Of a stretch of 64,000 nt of DNA, positions 12,886 to 25,964 are shown piece after piece (the stretch's first letter is position 1; every line of letters starts with the position of its first letter). Under the pieces are notes generated by a model that was not told the origin of the DNA, ran no database searches, and worked only from the letters and a program-made list of their open reading frames with translations. The DNA lies in assembly GCA_951406725.2 (NCBI GenBank), contig OX597824.1:12338001-12402000 (forward strand), in the 5' to 3' direction. The DNA comes from Octopus vulgaris (lineage: Eukaryota). The translations under genes and the position numbers were made by a program.

Positions 12886-12887
<2 letters not shown>
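12680..12887 (-). mobile_element. ~208-bp hammerhead-containing mini-element embedded in (TA)n
   Basis: Unique island with pure (TA)n on both sides; contains a hammerhead core. Confidence 0.7.
12781..12815 (-). ncRNA. Minimal type I hammerhead motif
   Basis: Minus strand: GTTT-CTGACGA-A-GAGC tcc GTTC-GAAA-AG-TT-AAAT. Stem III is reduced and one mismatch from the palindrome AACGTT. Confidence 0.6.
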
Positions 12888-12955
<68 letters not shown>

Positions 12956-13104
12956 CCACTTATTCGGTAGCCATGATGAAACTCGGAGTTTCATCATGGC
13001 TACAGAATAATTGTCACATATTACATTTACAGAGAAATTCCTCTATTTGCATAATATCGAAGTCTCTTTCATTCTTTTGTTGTCTTGCCATTTTTATCAA
13101 TATA

Positions 13105-13543
13105 TATATATATATATTTATGTGTGTGTGTGTGAGTGTGTGTGTGTGTTTGTCACCTCACCATCGACTGACACCCGATTTTACTGTATTTGTGTCACCG
13201 TAATTTAGCGGTTCGGCAAAGGAGCCCAAAAGACTAAGTACTAAGCTTATAAAAAAAGAAACCCTGGGGTTGATTTCTTTGACTAAAAGCCTTTAGAGCG
13301 GTGCTCCAGCTGGCTGCAGTCAAATGACTGAAACAGGCAAAAAAATAAATAAATAGAAGAATACCTAGGCGTGGCTGTGTGGTAAGAAGCTTGCTTCCCA
13401 ACCACATGGTTCCAGGTTCAGTCCTTTTGTGTGGCACCTAGGGCAAGTGCCCTCTACTATAGCCGTTGACTGACTAAAGCTTTGAGAATGGATTTGGTAG
13501 ACGGAAACTGAAAGAATCCTGTCGTATATATATATATGTATAT

Positions 13544-13621
<78 letters not shown>

Positions 13622-14006
13622 TTGTGTGTTTGTGACTGTGTTTGTCCCCACACAATCACTTGACAACCGATGTTGGTGTGTTTATGTCCCCGTAACTTAT
13701 CGGTTCAGCAAAAGAGACCGATAGAATAAGTGCCAGGCTTACAAAGAATAAATGCTGGGATCGATTTCTTCAACTAAAAGGCGGTGTTCCAGCATGGCCA
13801 CTGCCAAAATGACTGAAATAGGTAAAAGTAAGTAAAAGAACATACAGGTGCAGGAGTGGCTGTGTGGGAAGAGGCTTGCTTCCCAACCACATGGTTCTGA
13901 GTTCAGTCCCACTACGTGGCACCTTGGGCAAGTATCTTCTATAGCCTCAGGCCTTCCAAAGCCTTGTGAGCGGGTTTGGTAGATGGAAACTGAAAAAAGC
14001 TCGTCC

Positions 14007-14038
<32 letters not shown>

Positions 14039-14270
14039 AGAGAGAGAGAGTGAGTGTTTGTGGGAATGTTTGCGTGTCTGTGTTTGTCCCCCCACTATCT
14101 CTTGGCAATCGATGCTAGTGTGTTCACGTCCTCCGTAACTTAGTGGTTCGGCAAAAGAGAACGATAGAATAAGTTTCAGGCTTACAAAGAATAAGTCTTG
14201 AGGGTTGATATGTTTGACAAAAAGGCGGTGCTCCAGCATGGCTACTGTCAAAAATGACTGAAACACGTAA
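13105..14270 (+). mobile_element. Three consecutive CORE-like SINE copies (3' half 13105-13345; full 13367-13838 and 13846-14270) with internal TA/CA microsatellites
   Basis: Repeated head, 'gtggcacct(a/t)gggcaagt' core and 'ccagcatggc..aaatgactgaaa' tail. Confidence 0.85.
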
Positions 14271-14444
14271 AAAAAAAAATGAGAATATATATATATATAT
14301 ATGCATGCAAACACTATTTGGATCCGTGGAAATTCCGCAAGCAATATGATTTCTCATCTGTATAAAATCACTATAAAAATAGAGAATGAATAGTGAAAAC
14401 TCACACGGGAAGGAAAGGAAAGAACAATTCTATTATCGCTTCCC

Positions 14445-14458
14445 CCGCCGCCATCTCT

Positions 14459-14490
<32 letters not shown>

Positions 14491-14830
14491 CAACAACAAG
14501 CAAATAAATAATAGCCGTCATTCAACATCATTAACTAACAACATCCACTCCACCCGTAAACAAACAGACGTTACCATCGCCATTTCTGCCATTGCCATGA
14601 CAAGTAAACATCATCGTCACCACCATCACCACCATCACCACCATCACCACCATTACTACCATCTCTGTCGTCGTCAAGATCATCGCCATCATAACCACCG
14701 CTACCATCATCACCGTCGTCACCATCATTACCATCGCTATCGTCATCACCATCGCCGCTGCCGCCGCCGCTGTCACCACCACCACCACCACCACCATGAC
14801 AACGATCAACACAGCCATTTATCGTCATCG
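14445..14830. repeat. Degenerate (CAC/CAT/CAA)n trinucleotide repeat
   Basis: Read directly; source of the spurious poly-His ORF. Confidence 0.85.
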
Positions 14831-15019
14831 TTTGTTTTTCTTTAACTTCCTTTCATTTTTCTTCTAGATCTCTTTGTTTTTCTGTACTTCTTTTTCTTTG
14901 ATATTTTCTCTCTATTTACCAAAAGCACAGACATGACTATACGTTTAGGAAATTTGCTTTTGCAGGCACGAGATTTCGGGTTCAGTCCCACTGCCCGACA
15001 CTTTGGCCAAGTGTCTTCG

Positions 15020-16000
15020 ATTGGGTTTGCCAAAAAATTCATTCTGTTTTTGTCGACACTAAACATCAAGCACTCTAATAAGTAGCTAACTTCAGTTTGT
15101 CCCTTGAGCATGCACGCTCGTTAAATACATCACATTTCAGCGTAGTTTGATGCGAACTTGCGGCAAGAGAGGGAACTTTTCTGTTTGGCCACCACTTTTC
15201 AATTTCTTCAATTTTTGTCCCAATTGATTTCATATTTGGTGTATTGATGTAGTTTTGTAAAGTAATCATTGGCATGGAATTCATTTTTACCATAAACCAA
15301 TAAAGAGTTAATCACTTTTGAAGTTTGCAAATGTTGGGAAATTTTAGCCAATCGAAAGCAACAAGCCAAGCTGTTGCCAAGTTGCTTATCACGTGTTTTT
15401 TTTTATCGCTTATTAAATGCTTAAAACACATGCAGTATGAAATGATCATGAAATGTGCTAGAAATAGCAGCTAAATAGGCCTTAGATCACGCACGAAATT
15501 TTTTTGCATAATCGTATGAATTCCCAAAAAATAAAAAAAAGTTATGAGGGGTTACAAGGCGTATGTACTGCAAAATTCTGCCAATATTTCAGTTGACAAC
15601 ACATGCTGTCACGCACAAAATGACAGGTTCCAAATCTTACTTTTCGACTGGGTAAGAATGATCAAGCTTTAAACCTCTGCAACTTGTTTTTAACAACTTT
15701 TCTGGAAAAAGTGAATTACTCCCTGAGATTCATCATGGAAAATTACATCAACACACCAAATTTTCAAATTTTCACTAAGCTTTAAAATTTCCCCGTGTGC
15801 AGCAAAACGGAAAGGATCCCAGGGCAGGGTTATATTTTCTGTACTTGGGACCACCCTGAAAATAGAAACCAAAACGAACATTATCGACACTTCATGCTTT
15901 TTTTTTACTTTAAAAAAGCAAGGAAGCCGCAGAAACCTGCAGGAAGATATGCGCAGAGGATACTATTTAGGAATGAGTGTGACGGGTTTGGTTTTCACGA
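15020..16000. mobile_element. Degenerate mariner-like and other DNA-transposon fragments
   Basis: TIR-like 'ttgggtttgccaaaaaattcattctgtttt' at 15020; mariner N-terminus-like QNEHYRHFMLF-YFKK near 15870. Confidence 0.45.
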
Positions 16001-16181
16001 TTTGCATTGTCTACAGGTCAAATACTATGCAGTTGTTGTGTTGAAATATGATATAGGCCACTAAATCTCATGGTGAACTTAAATCTTTAATATTTGTTCA
16101 TTTGTACTTGCCTGAGTGAGTGACTTATATAAAATTTCAACACAATATCTAGAATAGTATTTGACTTGAAGACAATGCAAA

Positions 16182-16490
16182 CGTTTTTGTTGTTTATTGT
16201 TTGTTCCTTCTCGAGCCACGCCTGGCTCATAAGGGCCGGTTTCCCGTATAGGTTCCCCACCTGGACGGGACGCCGGTCCGTCGCAGGTGAGCTGCTAGAT
16301 GCAGGAGAGGAAAGAGTGAGAGAAAATTGTGGCGAAAGAGTCAGCAGAAGTTCGCCATTATCTTCTGCCGGAGCCGCGTGGAGCTTAGGTGTTTCGCTCA
16401 TAAACGCACACATTGCCCGGTCTGAGATTCGAACCCACGATCCTTCGACCGCGTGTCCGCTGCTCTAACCACTAGGCCATGTGCCTCCAC
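16182..16490 (-). mobile_element. tRNA-derived SINE, 'gtggaggc' head family, tail type 3
   Basis: Head on the minus strand; tail 'ggctcgagaaggaacaaac'; flanking repeat acaatgcaaa. Confidence 0.85.
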
Positions 16491-16711
16491 AATGCAAATG
16501 TTTTCGTGTATGAGGACCCAATTACAAACACTAATGTTTTCATGACTCACCCTTCCTCAATTTCGGTCATCTTCTGTCCCTTTTGCTATCAAATGCTTCC
16601 CCTCCTCTATTCCTTCCCCTTATCCTTTCCTTCCTTCTCTCCGCTTTAGTCCTTCTTTTCCAAATCACCACTTCTCTTCTCCTTTCCTCTTTTTCTCCCA
16701 ATTAAGCGTAA

Positions 16712-17040
16712 AGATCCCCTTCGGTCATGAATGACCATGGGATTGCACCTAGAAAGTTACCCTCCTAGACACAAGTCCGGGCAAGGTTGTTTATGGAAGT
16801 CCAGCAGTCGCCCATGCATACCAGCCTCCCCTCTCCACGCCACCAGTGTTATCCAATGAAAAGGCAAAGGGGCCGATACAGCTTGGCACCTGTGACGTCG
16901 CAACTCATTTCTACAGCTGAGTGAACTGGAGCAACGTGAAATAAAGTGCCTTGCTCGAGAACACAACACGTAGCCCGGTCCGAGATTCGAGCTCACAACC
17001 TCACGATCGTAAGCTCGACGCTCTAACCACTGAGCCATCA
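16712..17040 (-). mobile_element. tRNA-derived SINE with RTE-UTR-like body (same family as 19748-20097 and 24088-24422)
   Basis: Head 'ggctcagtggttagagcgtcgagcttacgatcgtgaggttgtgag', body 'ggtgccaagctgtatcgg..cgtggagaggggagg', stem-loop tail. Confidence 0.85.
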
Positions 17041-17528
17041 TATACTTATTCTTATTGTCCCTTTTCGGTCCCCTCCTCATGCCTCTATCATTGAGTTTTC
17101 TACCTGGTCATAACCAGAAATGACTCTGACGAAAAGAGCATTAATTTTCTAGGTCGCTCAATTTTTCTCCATCGATTTTTCTAGGTAGCTTAATCTTCCT
17201 CTATCGATCAATGAGAAGATTGAATAAACTTATCAATAACGAACCTATTAATGATTACGGGAAACAATTTTAAATCAAATTTACTACAATAAAGAAAAAT
17301 ATATAACGGCCATTATTTATGCCTTGCCTTGTATATAAAAACCAGTATAATTGGAACACAGCAATGGATTTACAATAGAGAATGGTGGTGAACTTTAACC
17401 TCGACCCTGGTACAAGAATACACGGAGCTCTTTGCTAATCTAAACAATATTGGTAGCCTGGTGAACTAACACAGAACTTATAAAGTATTTTGCCGGGACG
17501 GACTGATAATCCCTCACTAATAACTCTG

Positions 17529-17637
<109 letters not shown>

Positions 17638-17804
17638 ACATACATATTATTGTTCAGTTTTATTTCAAGATTTCTTACCAATAGAGAAAGACCCAGTTTC
17701 TAACCTAGAGCCAAGGCTCCTTCATTGGAATTTCAACATCAGCAGGGTATCTTTGTATGTATGTATGTATGCATGTATGAATGTATGTATGTAGGTATGT
17801 ATGT

Positions 17805-18135
17805 ATCTATGGACTCAAGAGTCATCTTCGTAGTCATAAAACGAGACAGATGAGTGACAACCTGGCCACTGGTGGTGGTGTAACACACCATACTAATCAT
17901 ATCTGTCGGGCATGTGGAAGAGAGTGTAATTCGGCAGGAGGACTTAAACGACATGCAAAGGTACATGAAGCCCAGTTACAACTACAGCTGGCCATTACCG
18001 GGAAAGGTTTTAGTTGCCAATTTTGTACAAGACATTGTAGATCTTTAGCTGGGCTAAAAAGTCACATTCGATCAAAGCACCAGTAACAGTTAAGCTTCGT
18101 GCAATGGCCATACTCAATAACGACGGGGCAGCCAT
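17805..18135 (+). mobile_element. 3' end of an RTE-type LINE encoding C2H2 zinc fingers, with stem-loop 3' UTR and (TATG)n tail
   Basis: HICRACGRECNSAGGLKRHAKVH..FSCQFCTRHCRSLAGLKSHIRSKHQ*, then 'gcaatggccatactcaataacgacggggcagcca' and (TATG)n. Confidence 0.75.
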
Positions 18136-18295
18136 AATGTATGTATGTATGTATGTATGTATGTATGTATGTATGTATGTATGTATGTATGTATGTATGT
18201 ATGTATGTATGTATGTATGTATGTGTTCAGATTTGTATGTTTTTGTTTTATATATATATTCTGATGCATATAGTTGCATATACAGACATGCTCAT

Positions 18296-19020
18296 ATATA
18301 TTTAAATGATAAACTTCTGGAAAGTTTTACAGATTTTTACAGTTCCAGTGATGGATTGGATCTGTAGTCTTCGCATTAGCTTTCTCCTTTCTGGTTTTGA
18401 GAAGCCTAATTTCTCAAGATTGGTATTTAGGCAGTGTGTTTCATATCCCAGGGCTCCAATAATTACAAGTATAAACCTGAACTCAATAGTTCAGCGTAGA
18501 TATTCTCGTTTTCACTGATCTTTTAAGTTAACATCCGCTGGGCAGCTAATTTCTACAACTGTACACAGTTTCTCTTCTCTATCCCAAATCATTATATCAG
18601 GTCTGTTGTGCTTACATTTTATTGAGGTCTTCACTGGGACATTCCAACAGTACTCTTTTTATTATAAGTGGCTATGGCTTCTACTACACTGTGGATCCTT
18701 ATTTCTTTGTCCTCGGAGTTATCCTTCTGACAGATTTCATTATAGAGTGTTCTAGCTACAACATCATGTCTGATCGGTAGATAACACCATGATGACATTT
18801 TCGGACAACTGTTTATGATGTGGGTGATATCTTCGGTGTTTTTCCTGCATCTCTATCCCTTTTGTGCATTAGGTATTTGGTTGATATTTCCTGTTCTTGA
18901 ATTTCTAACATATACCCTTCAAAGTGGGAAGTAATAATCCGGCTATTGGTCCATGATAAACTGCTTTGATGATCAATGTTACTATAATTTTGGAGCTTTG
19001 TACTAACGTCACCATGCATA
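18296..19020 (-). mobile_element. Decayed R4-like RLE non-LTR retrotransposon C-terminus (CCHC and PD-(D/E)xK endonuclease region)
   Basis: IQEQEISTKYL..DITH..SCPKMS..RHDVVARTLYNEI..KHNRPDIMIWDREEKLCTVVEISCPADVN..IIGALG. Confidence 0.85.
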
Positions 19021-19702
19021 GATTTCTGCTCATATATGTTCATCCTTATGTGTGTATGTATGTATGTATGTATGTATGTATGTATGTATGTATGTATGTA
19101 TGTATGTATGTATGTATGTATGTATGTATGCATGTATGTATGTATGTATGTATGTATGTATGTATGTATGTATGTATGTATGTATGTATGTATGTATGCT
19201 ATATTTTGTTAGTAAAACCGATCTCCCCGTTGGACGTCTTGCATTCCTTCAGCTTGTGGTGAGTGTGATGGTGGGGTGGGGTATTCTGTATAAGCTGGGT
19301 GTGTCTTCGGAATTGATACACAGTTACTCGAATCTGCTAAAAACAGCAGCGACTTCACCACCACCACCACCGCACGTGCAAATCCTCCCCTGCCGTCTTA
19401 TGAAAAGGAAGGACACATAGGATGATGCTGTTCTAGATATTGTAGGACTCAAAAAACAAGAAGCAACAACAAAACGAAACGAAGATGATGGGATGGCAAT
19501 GACATACGTGTTTTTGATCCCAGTCTACTGCATCAGGACTGACCTAGGGCTAAACAGCAACAACACCAACAACGATAGCAACAACAACTACTATTGTGTT
19601 TTTGTTTTCCTGTCCAATTGTTTTATGTCGTATGATTCGCTGTTGTTGTAGTGACTATATGCTACATATATGCGGACGAACATTGATATTCCGGCCCCAA
19701 AC

Positions 19703-19747
<45 letters not shown>

Positions 19748-19749
<2 letters not shown>

Positions 19750-20097
19750 ACTCGACTCCGTCGGTCACGAATGGCTATGGGTGCGCCTAGGAGGTTCCCC
19801 TCCGGGGTACAAGTTTGGGCGGAAAGTCGCCTCACCGACGAACGCACAACCTAGAGTTGATTTTGTGGAAGACCAGAAGTCGCCCATGCATACCAGCCTC
19901 TCCTCTCCACACCACTGATGCTATCCAAAGGAAAGGCGAAGGGGCCGATAGAGCTTGGGACCAGTGACGTCGCAACTCATTTCTACTGCAACGTGAAATA
20001 AAGCGTCTTGCTCAAGAACACAACACGCAGCCCGGTCTCGGAATCGAACTCACAACCTCACGATCGTAAGCTCGACGCTCTAACTACTGCGCCTTCA
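19748..20097 (-). mobile_element. SINE, variant of the 16712-17040 family with a longer body
   Basis: Shared 'gtcgcccatgcataccagcctc' body and tRNA-like head. Confidence 0.75.
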
Positions 20098-20155
20098 TAT
20101 ATATATATATATATATATATATCTACACACTTATATATACACACACACGCACGCG

Positions 20156-20217
<62 letters not shown>

Positions 20218-20779
20218 GTTTGTTTACGTCTCCATAACATAGTAGTCAGGTAAGTGACCGATAGAATGAGTAATCAGATTTAAAAATATAACCGAGATCG
20301 ATTTGGTCGACTAAAACCTTCAAGGTTGTGCACCGGCTTGGCCGCAGTCCAAATAATTAAAAGAAGTAAAAGATAAAAGATAAAACAATAAAGCCTTAAA
20401 TATGTACATTTAAAAATGTTTTTTTTTTTTCAAGCGTAATAAATATATCTAACGAGGACAGTGTCATTTGACACGTTATTTTAGCGACTGCACCGCATTT
20501 TTTGAATTGGCAAAGAAAAAGAAAATGGCGCTTGTAACTATCAGGAGCAATATTGTGTAGCTTCTATTGTACTCGACCAAACAATAGCATCCTTGTTAAA
20601 TTCTTAAACAATTACGTATTTTACTTTAGAAAACATTATTAAATATACACAGAAGTATTAGCGTTTCTTTTAGTCTGTATTGTATTCTGGTTACTTTAAA
20701 ATTTACAGCCCTAGATGAAGGCTCGACGATGTATGGACATGTGGAAAATGGAAAGAAAGCCCGGCATTTCGGTCATACA

Positions 20780-21010
20780 ATGCAGCAGTTGGCTTCATTA
20801 CTATTATAACTTTCACATTTCCAGTTTGCAGACGTGCCTGATGCGAGTTATTTTGTCTTTTAATATTCCCGTTTTCGTAATAGATGTATTGTTCATCGAG
20901 TCAATGCATGTTGTGTTTATTTTAGGATATTTTTGCCAAATAACGAATTCATATATTCAATTTCCCGGATGGAATTGTTTATACAAAATTCTTTGTGCAC
21001 AATTTGCATT
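20780..21010 (-). mobile_element. Possible heavily decayed PLE GIY-YIG endonuclease fragment
   Basis: Minus-strand remnants SKCKLC..KNIL..DEQYI..ENG..H resemble the CxxC..EQYIGET pattern; frames are broken. Confidence 0.3.
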
Positions 21011-21538
21011 TACTGCGTGATGTGTTTGTCTTCGTATTTGTTTCTGTATTGTTGCATAATTTTGTTATTGTAACTAGTGTTGTTAAACCAAAGTTTGTTT
21101 TATCCTGTTACGTTGGCACGAACAGAGAAAAGAAGGATCAATAAACCTAATAGAATAAATATTATTAAAGTTGATTATTTTTCCAATATTCCCTATTTAT
21201 CGATGGAGAGAAGATGTTTCTCTGAAATGCTTTCAATGTTAACGAAATTATCGTCACCCCTTAGTAGCACGTTTTGTAACTTCCGGTTGGTTCTGTTTGT
21301 TTACGTCCGGTCGAGCACAGCCTCAAACAAATAGGACAATCAAGATGTTTGCAATACACTGTGTTGTGGTACTGAACGTTAACGCTTCATTCTGTTCGCT
21401 GCGAAAAGATTCTTCGCTGATATGTCATATCTGGGTTGAAGAAAAGTAGTCAACTTAACTTGTATGTATGTATGTATGTATGTATGTATGTATGTATGTA
21501 TGTATGTATGTATGTATGTATGTATGTATGTATGTTAT

Positions 21539-22091
21539 GTCAGGTCACTTTCGAGTGCTACTGGTAACATGTAACCCAGTACAACCTGTTGCATGGTCGG
21601 GTCGTCGGGGACTAAACCGGCAACCCCACCAAGCTTGCTTGGTGAGGAGGGTGTTTATTGGACACCCTGCGGGATGAAAAACAAAACCCGTCAAAGGGCG
21701 GAGGAACTCTTTAGAGTCAACAGCCATCCAATAAATGCCTTAAGGCTGTATCATGCGTGGGGACATAGAAATAATCGGACTGAATACCCGATCGCACGGT
21801 TAAACCACTGGAAGTGAAGGACTCCTAGCCTTTGTTAGGGCATCCTTCTAGGAGAAGGCAACTCAGGTAACTGGGATAACTCCGACATAAAACCTGCGGC
21901 TCAGTGGTTACCGATGATGTTGACTTGTTCTTCTTTTCGGATTATGGCTACTGTTGCTTAGTGAGTGGGATTGACTCAGTGCACAGCCTTTCCTCACTTT
22001 AAAATAAGTCTTCTTGCACAGGCATTGCACGATAACAACATTGATTAAGCTTCGTGCAATGGCCATACTCGATAACGAGGGGGCAGCCACC
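21539..22091 (+). mobile_element. Non-autonomous RTE-related element (~550 bp: 5'UTR-like leader plus RTE 3' tail) within (TATG)n
   Basis: Copies at 46911-47463 and 59729-60279. 3' end nearly identical to the LINE end at 18090-18135. Contains the 'ctaggagaaggcaactc' RTE-leader-like motif. Confidence 0.8.
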
Positions 22092-22469
22092 ATGTATGTA
22101 TGTATGTATGTATGTATGTATGTATGTATGTATGTATGTATGTATGTATGTATGTATGCATGTATGTATGTATGCATGTATGTATGTATGTATGCATGTA
22201 TGTATGTATGTATGTATGCATGTATGTATGCATGTATGTATGTATGTATGCATGTATGCATGTATGTATGTATGCATGTATGCATGTATGTATGTATGTA
22301 TGTATGCATGCATGCATCTATGTATGTATGTATGTATGTATGTATGTATGTATGTATGTATGTATGTATGTATGTATATGTGTGTGACTAAATTTGAAAC
22401 CACGTGATTGCAAAGGGCGCTTCTTAGCCACATATCCACGCCTGTTCCTGCGTATTACTCTTTTTGATA

Positions 22470-23660
22470 GTAGTACATTTTTTCTTTCACGGTTTTGCCG
22501 GCAAGTTCATCTATCCTCTTTCAGAAATCGAGAGCATCTTGGGTATTTTCTCTTCCACTTCTGTGTTTGAACATATGGTTGATGCATTCGTTTTTGCTGT
22601 TGGTTTTTAGCAGATTCTGTCGTGGTAGTAGTATTAAACAGCAGTCAAAGGCTTCTACTATTGATTTTAAGCATCATTCACAGTCTTTCCCATTGGGCTG
22701 CCTCGGTCGATCTTAAACAGTTTTCCTGTTCCTATCTTCTGAGAGAGTCAGCCGATATCGTAAAACTGGGAAAACTTCCAATTAGTGTTGGGAATCTTGC
22801 GGGGATTTAATATTAATGGAGCTGACTTTTTTTTTTCCTGTGGTCCAATCAAGTATTTCAAGAGTTGATACGATACTAGTAGTGGGATTGCAAATGCATT
22901 CTGGGATATTGTCTTCTTGTAAGAAAGAAGCAACGAATTTTTAAAACATACGCTTTGTTGATAAATATAATTTTGATTGCAGCATTTTTGCGTTATTCAT
23001 TTTGGGCAACATTATGTTGATTGTAGCACTCATTGTGCAGAACAGCAGAAGTAGAGAGAAAGAGAGAAAAGGGGAGAAAGAGAGAGTGAGGGAAGAATGA
23101 AAAAGAAAGAGAGAGAGAATGGAGGAGAGTGTAAGGAGAGAGAGAAGGAGGGAGGGAGATAGATTATTGATGTGAATACTTTCCGTCTAGTAAGTAATTT
23201 TTCCACATGCACCTATTAACAATGTATATTTGCTTTGGCTAAATTTCATCACGAGATCAGCCGAAAACATTACGAAATCCAGTTATTTCTCAGTATTATA
23301 GATATTTTGCTGTGTAAATACTTAGATCTCCAAGAACGAAATCATGGGTTACATTGGTGTAGGTCCTAGTACGCAACCACCGGCATTCGTAAGAGAAATT
23401 ACATTAGGCTTAGTGCCAAATTAAACAGACACACATGGAGATTCTTTCCTTGGAATATTCCGTTCAAAAGCTTTCTATATAAAAAGAGGCAATCGGTGTG
23501 TTTCCAGTTGCAAGATGTAGATGGTTGACAACATCAGTGAGCTTTTCACTGGTTGCTCTTAGGGCAGGGGCTATGTTTGCTAAACGTTGCCAGAAGTGGG
23601 GAATAAAGTCAAACGCTTTTATGTAATCAAGCCACACTGTCATAAGGTTTCTCTGGTGTT
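22470..23660 (-). mobile_element. Decayed R4/R2-group RT fragments
   Basis: HQRNLMTVWLDYIKAFDFIPHFW (W.DY.KAFD..PH motif) near 23590-23660; downstream remnants are frameshifted. Confidence 0.6.
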
Positions 23661-23839
23661 TTCTCTTTCACTTTAACCAACACAATTTAAGTTATTCAGC
23701 ATATCTCAACATTAATGTAATTCAAGCTTGCTACTCAGCGAAGAGTTTGTGTTACACTAATATATAATGCGTAAAAACAAACAATAGACCTATAGTTTTC
23801 TGTTAAGACGTTTTTTAAAATATATATTCTTATTGAAAA

Positions 23840-24780
23840 GGCGGCGAGCTGGCAGAAACGTTAGCACGCCAGGAGAAATGCGTAGCCGTATTTCGTCTGT
23901 CTGAACGTTCTGAGTTCAAATTCCGCCGAGGTCGACTTTGCCTTTCATCCTTTCGGGGGTCAATTAAATAAGTACCAGTTACGCACTGGGGTTGATATAA
24001 TCGACTTAATCCGTTTGTCTGTCCTTGTTTGTTCTCTCTGTGTTTAGCCCCTTGTGGGTAGTAAAGAAATATATATATTCTTAGTTAGTGAAGGCGCATG
24101 GCTCAGTGGTTAGAGCATCGAGCTTACGATTGTGAGGTTGTGAGTTCGGTTTCCAGACTGGGCTGCGTGTTGTGTTCTTGAGCAAGACACTTTATTTCCC
24201 GTTGCTCCAGTTCACTCAGCTGTAGAAATGAGTTGTGATGTCACTGGTGCCAAGCTGTATCAGCCTTTGCCTTTCCCTTGGATAACATCAGTGGTTTAGA
24301 AGGGGAGGCTGGTATGCATGGGTGACTGCTGGTCTTCCAGAAACAAACTTACCCGGACTTGTACCTCGGAAGGTAACTTTCTTGGTGCAATCCCATGGTC
24401 ATTCATGACCGAAGGGGGTCTCCACCCAGTCTTAGCTAAATGATTTGTCTGTACAACACCAACATCTATTAAATCTTCACCTAGGACTATTCATTTTTGT
24501 ATCTTCCCTATACTCACAGAGCTTATGATGTATATTTAACTGCTGATATGTTGGTGCAGTATTTCTACAGTGGAAACGCGTGGCTTAGTGTTTAAGGTGT
24601 TGGACACATAATCGTAAGATTGTGGTTTCGATTTCTGGACCGGGTGACGCATTGTGTCCTTGAGCAAAACACTTCGTTTCACTTTGCCCCAGTTACTCAG
24701 CTGGCAAAAGTGAGTAATCCTACGACGGACCGGCGTCCCGTCCAGGTGGGTAATATATGTGCAATGACACCAGGAAACAG
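23840..24780 (+). mobile_element. Three SINEs in series: Nin-like (23840-24072), RTE-body type (24088-24422), 4150-type (24569-24780)
   Basis: Heads and bodies match other in-window copies. Confidence 0.85.
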
Positions 24781-25256
24781 CGTACATAGATCAGAACTGG
24801 GTGCCTAGACTCGTGAGGACCCCATGTAAACCACTGCACTAAACCCTATAGTATTATTTATTAACAGCAGCCACAGAATATATAGATCAGAATTGAGCAC
24901 ATAGATATGTGAAGCACCCAGGCACTGGAACCAATAGTATTTACTTATTGACAGCAAGCCAGAGCATACGTTGATCAAAATTGGGTTCCCAGATCCGAGA
25001 GGCAAAGTCTCTCGGCAACTACCCATTGTGCTGATAACTTGAGGCGGCACTGGTCATGATGGGAAATGGTATAAACCCGTCTTTTCATTCTAGATATTAA
25101 TTTGGTTTCAAATTTTGGCACAAGGCCAAAAAGTTCTGGTGAGCGGGTGTAGTTAGTCGATTACATCAATCCCAGTACTTAACTGGTTTATCGACCTCGA
25201 AAGGATATAAGGCAAAGTCGACCTGGGCGGAATTTGAACTCAGTACGTAAAAACGG

Positions 25257-25592
25257 GTGGAGGCACATGGTCTAGTGGTTAGAATATAGCGGACTCACGG
25301 TTGAGGGAGCGCGTGTTCGAATCTCAGACCGGGCGTTGTGTGTGTTTATGAGCCAAACACCTAAGCTCCACGCGGCTCCGGCAGAAGGTAATGGCGAACT
25401 TCTGCTGACTCTTTCGCCACAACTTTCTCTCACTCTTTCCTTCTGCATCTTGCAGTTCACCTGCGACGGACCGGCGTCCCATCCTGGTGGGGAACCTATA
25501 TGCCAAGGAAACCGGGAAACCGGCCCTTATGGCTCGAGAAGGAACAAACAACAACATGGCTCGAGAAGGAACAAACAACAACAACAACAACG
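25257..25592 (+). mobile_element. 'gtggaggc' SINE, tail type 3, nested in an older Nin-like SINE; 11-bp TSD and duplicated tail
   Basis: CGTAAAAACGG at 25246-25256 and 25593-25603; 'atggctcgagaaggaacaaacaacaac' occurs twice. Confidence 0.88.
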
Positions 25593-25964
25593 CGTAAAAA
25601 CGGACGAAATGCCACCAAACCTTTTTCCCTGTGCGGTGACAATTTTTCCAGCTCACTGCCTTCATTCCAGATACAAATTCAAAAAGACTTTTTAAGGCGG
25701 CGAGCTGGCAGAAACGTTAGCACGCCGGACAGAATGCTTAGTAGCAGTTCATCCGTCTTTACGTTCGGAGTTCAAATTTCGCCGAGATTAACTTCGCCTT
25801 TCATCCTTTCGCGGTTGATAAAATAAATGCCAGTTGAGCAATGGGCTCGATGTAATCAACTCGCTCCATCCGCTTAACTTGTTTGTATTGTGCCAAAATT
25901 TGAAATCAATTTTAAAAGACTTTTACGAGAAGTGGCTCCTTTTATTGAGATACTATTTCATTTC

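Noticed and set aside
14393-14845. 150-aa His/Arg-rich ORF and the antisense Gly/Asp-rich ORFs
   Set aside because: Translation of a degenerate CAC/CAT repeat; no domain or splice evidence.
17781-18086. Host C2H2 zinc-finger gene exon
   Set aside because: No TGEKP linkers, and it is followed immediately by an RTE-type 3' UTR and repeat tail shared with a mobile element.
21195-21240. AGAGAA/TTCTCT hairpin plus GAAA (similar weak case at 11452-11490)
   Set aside because: The CUGAnGA box has several mismatches and stem I cannot be formed convincingly.
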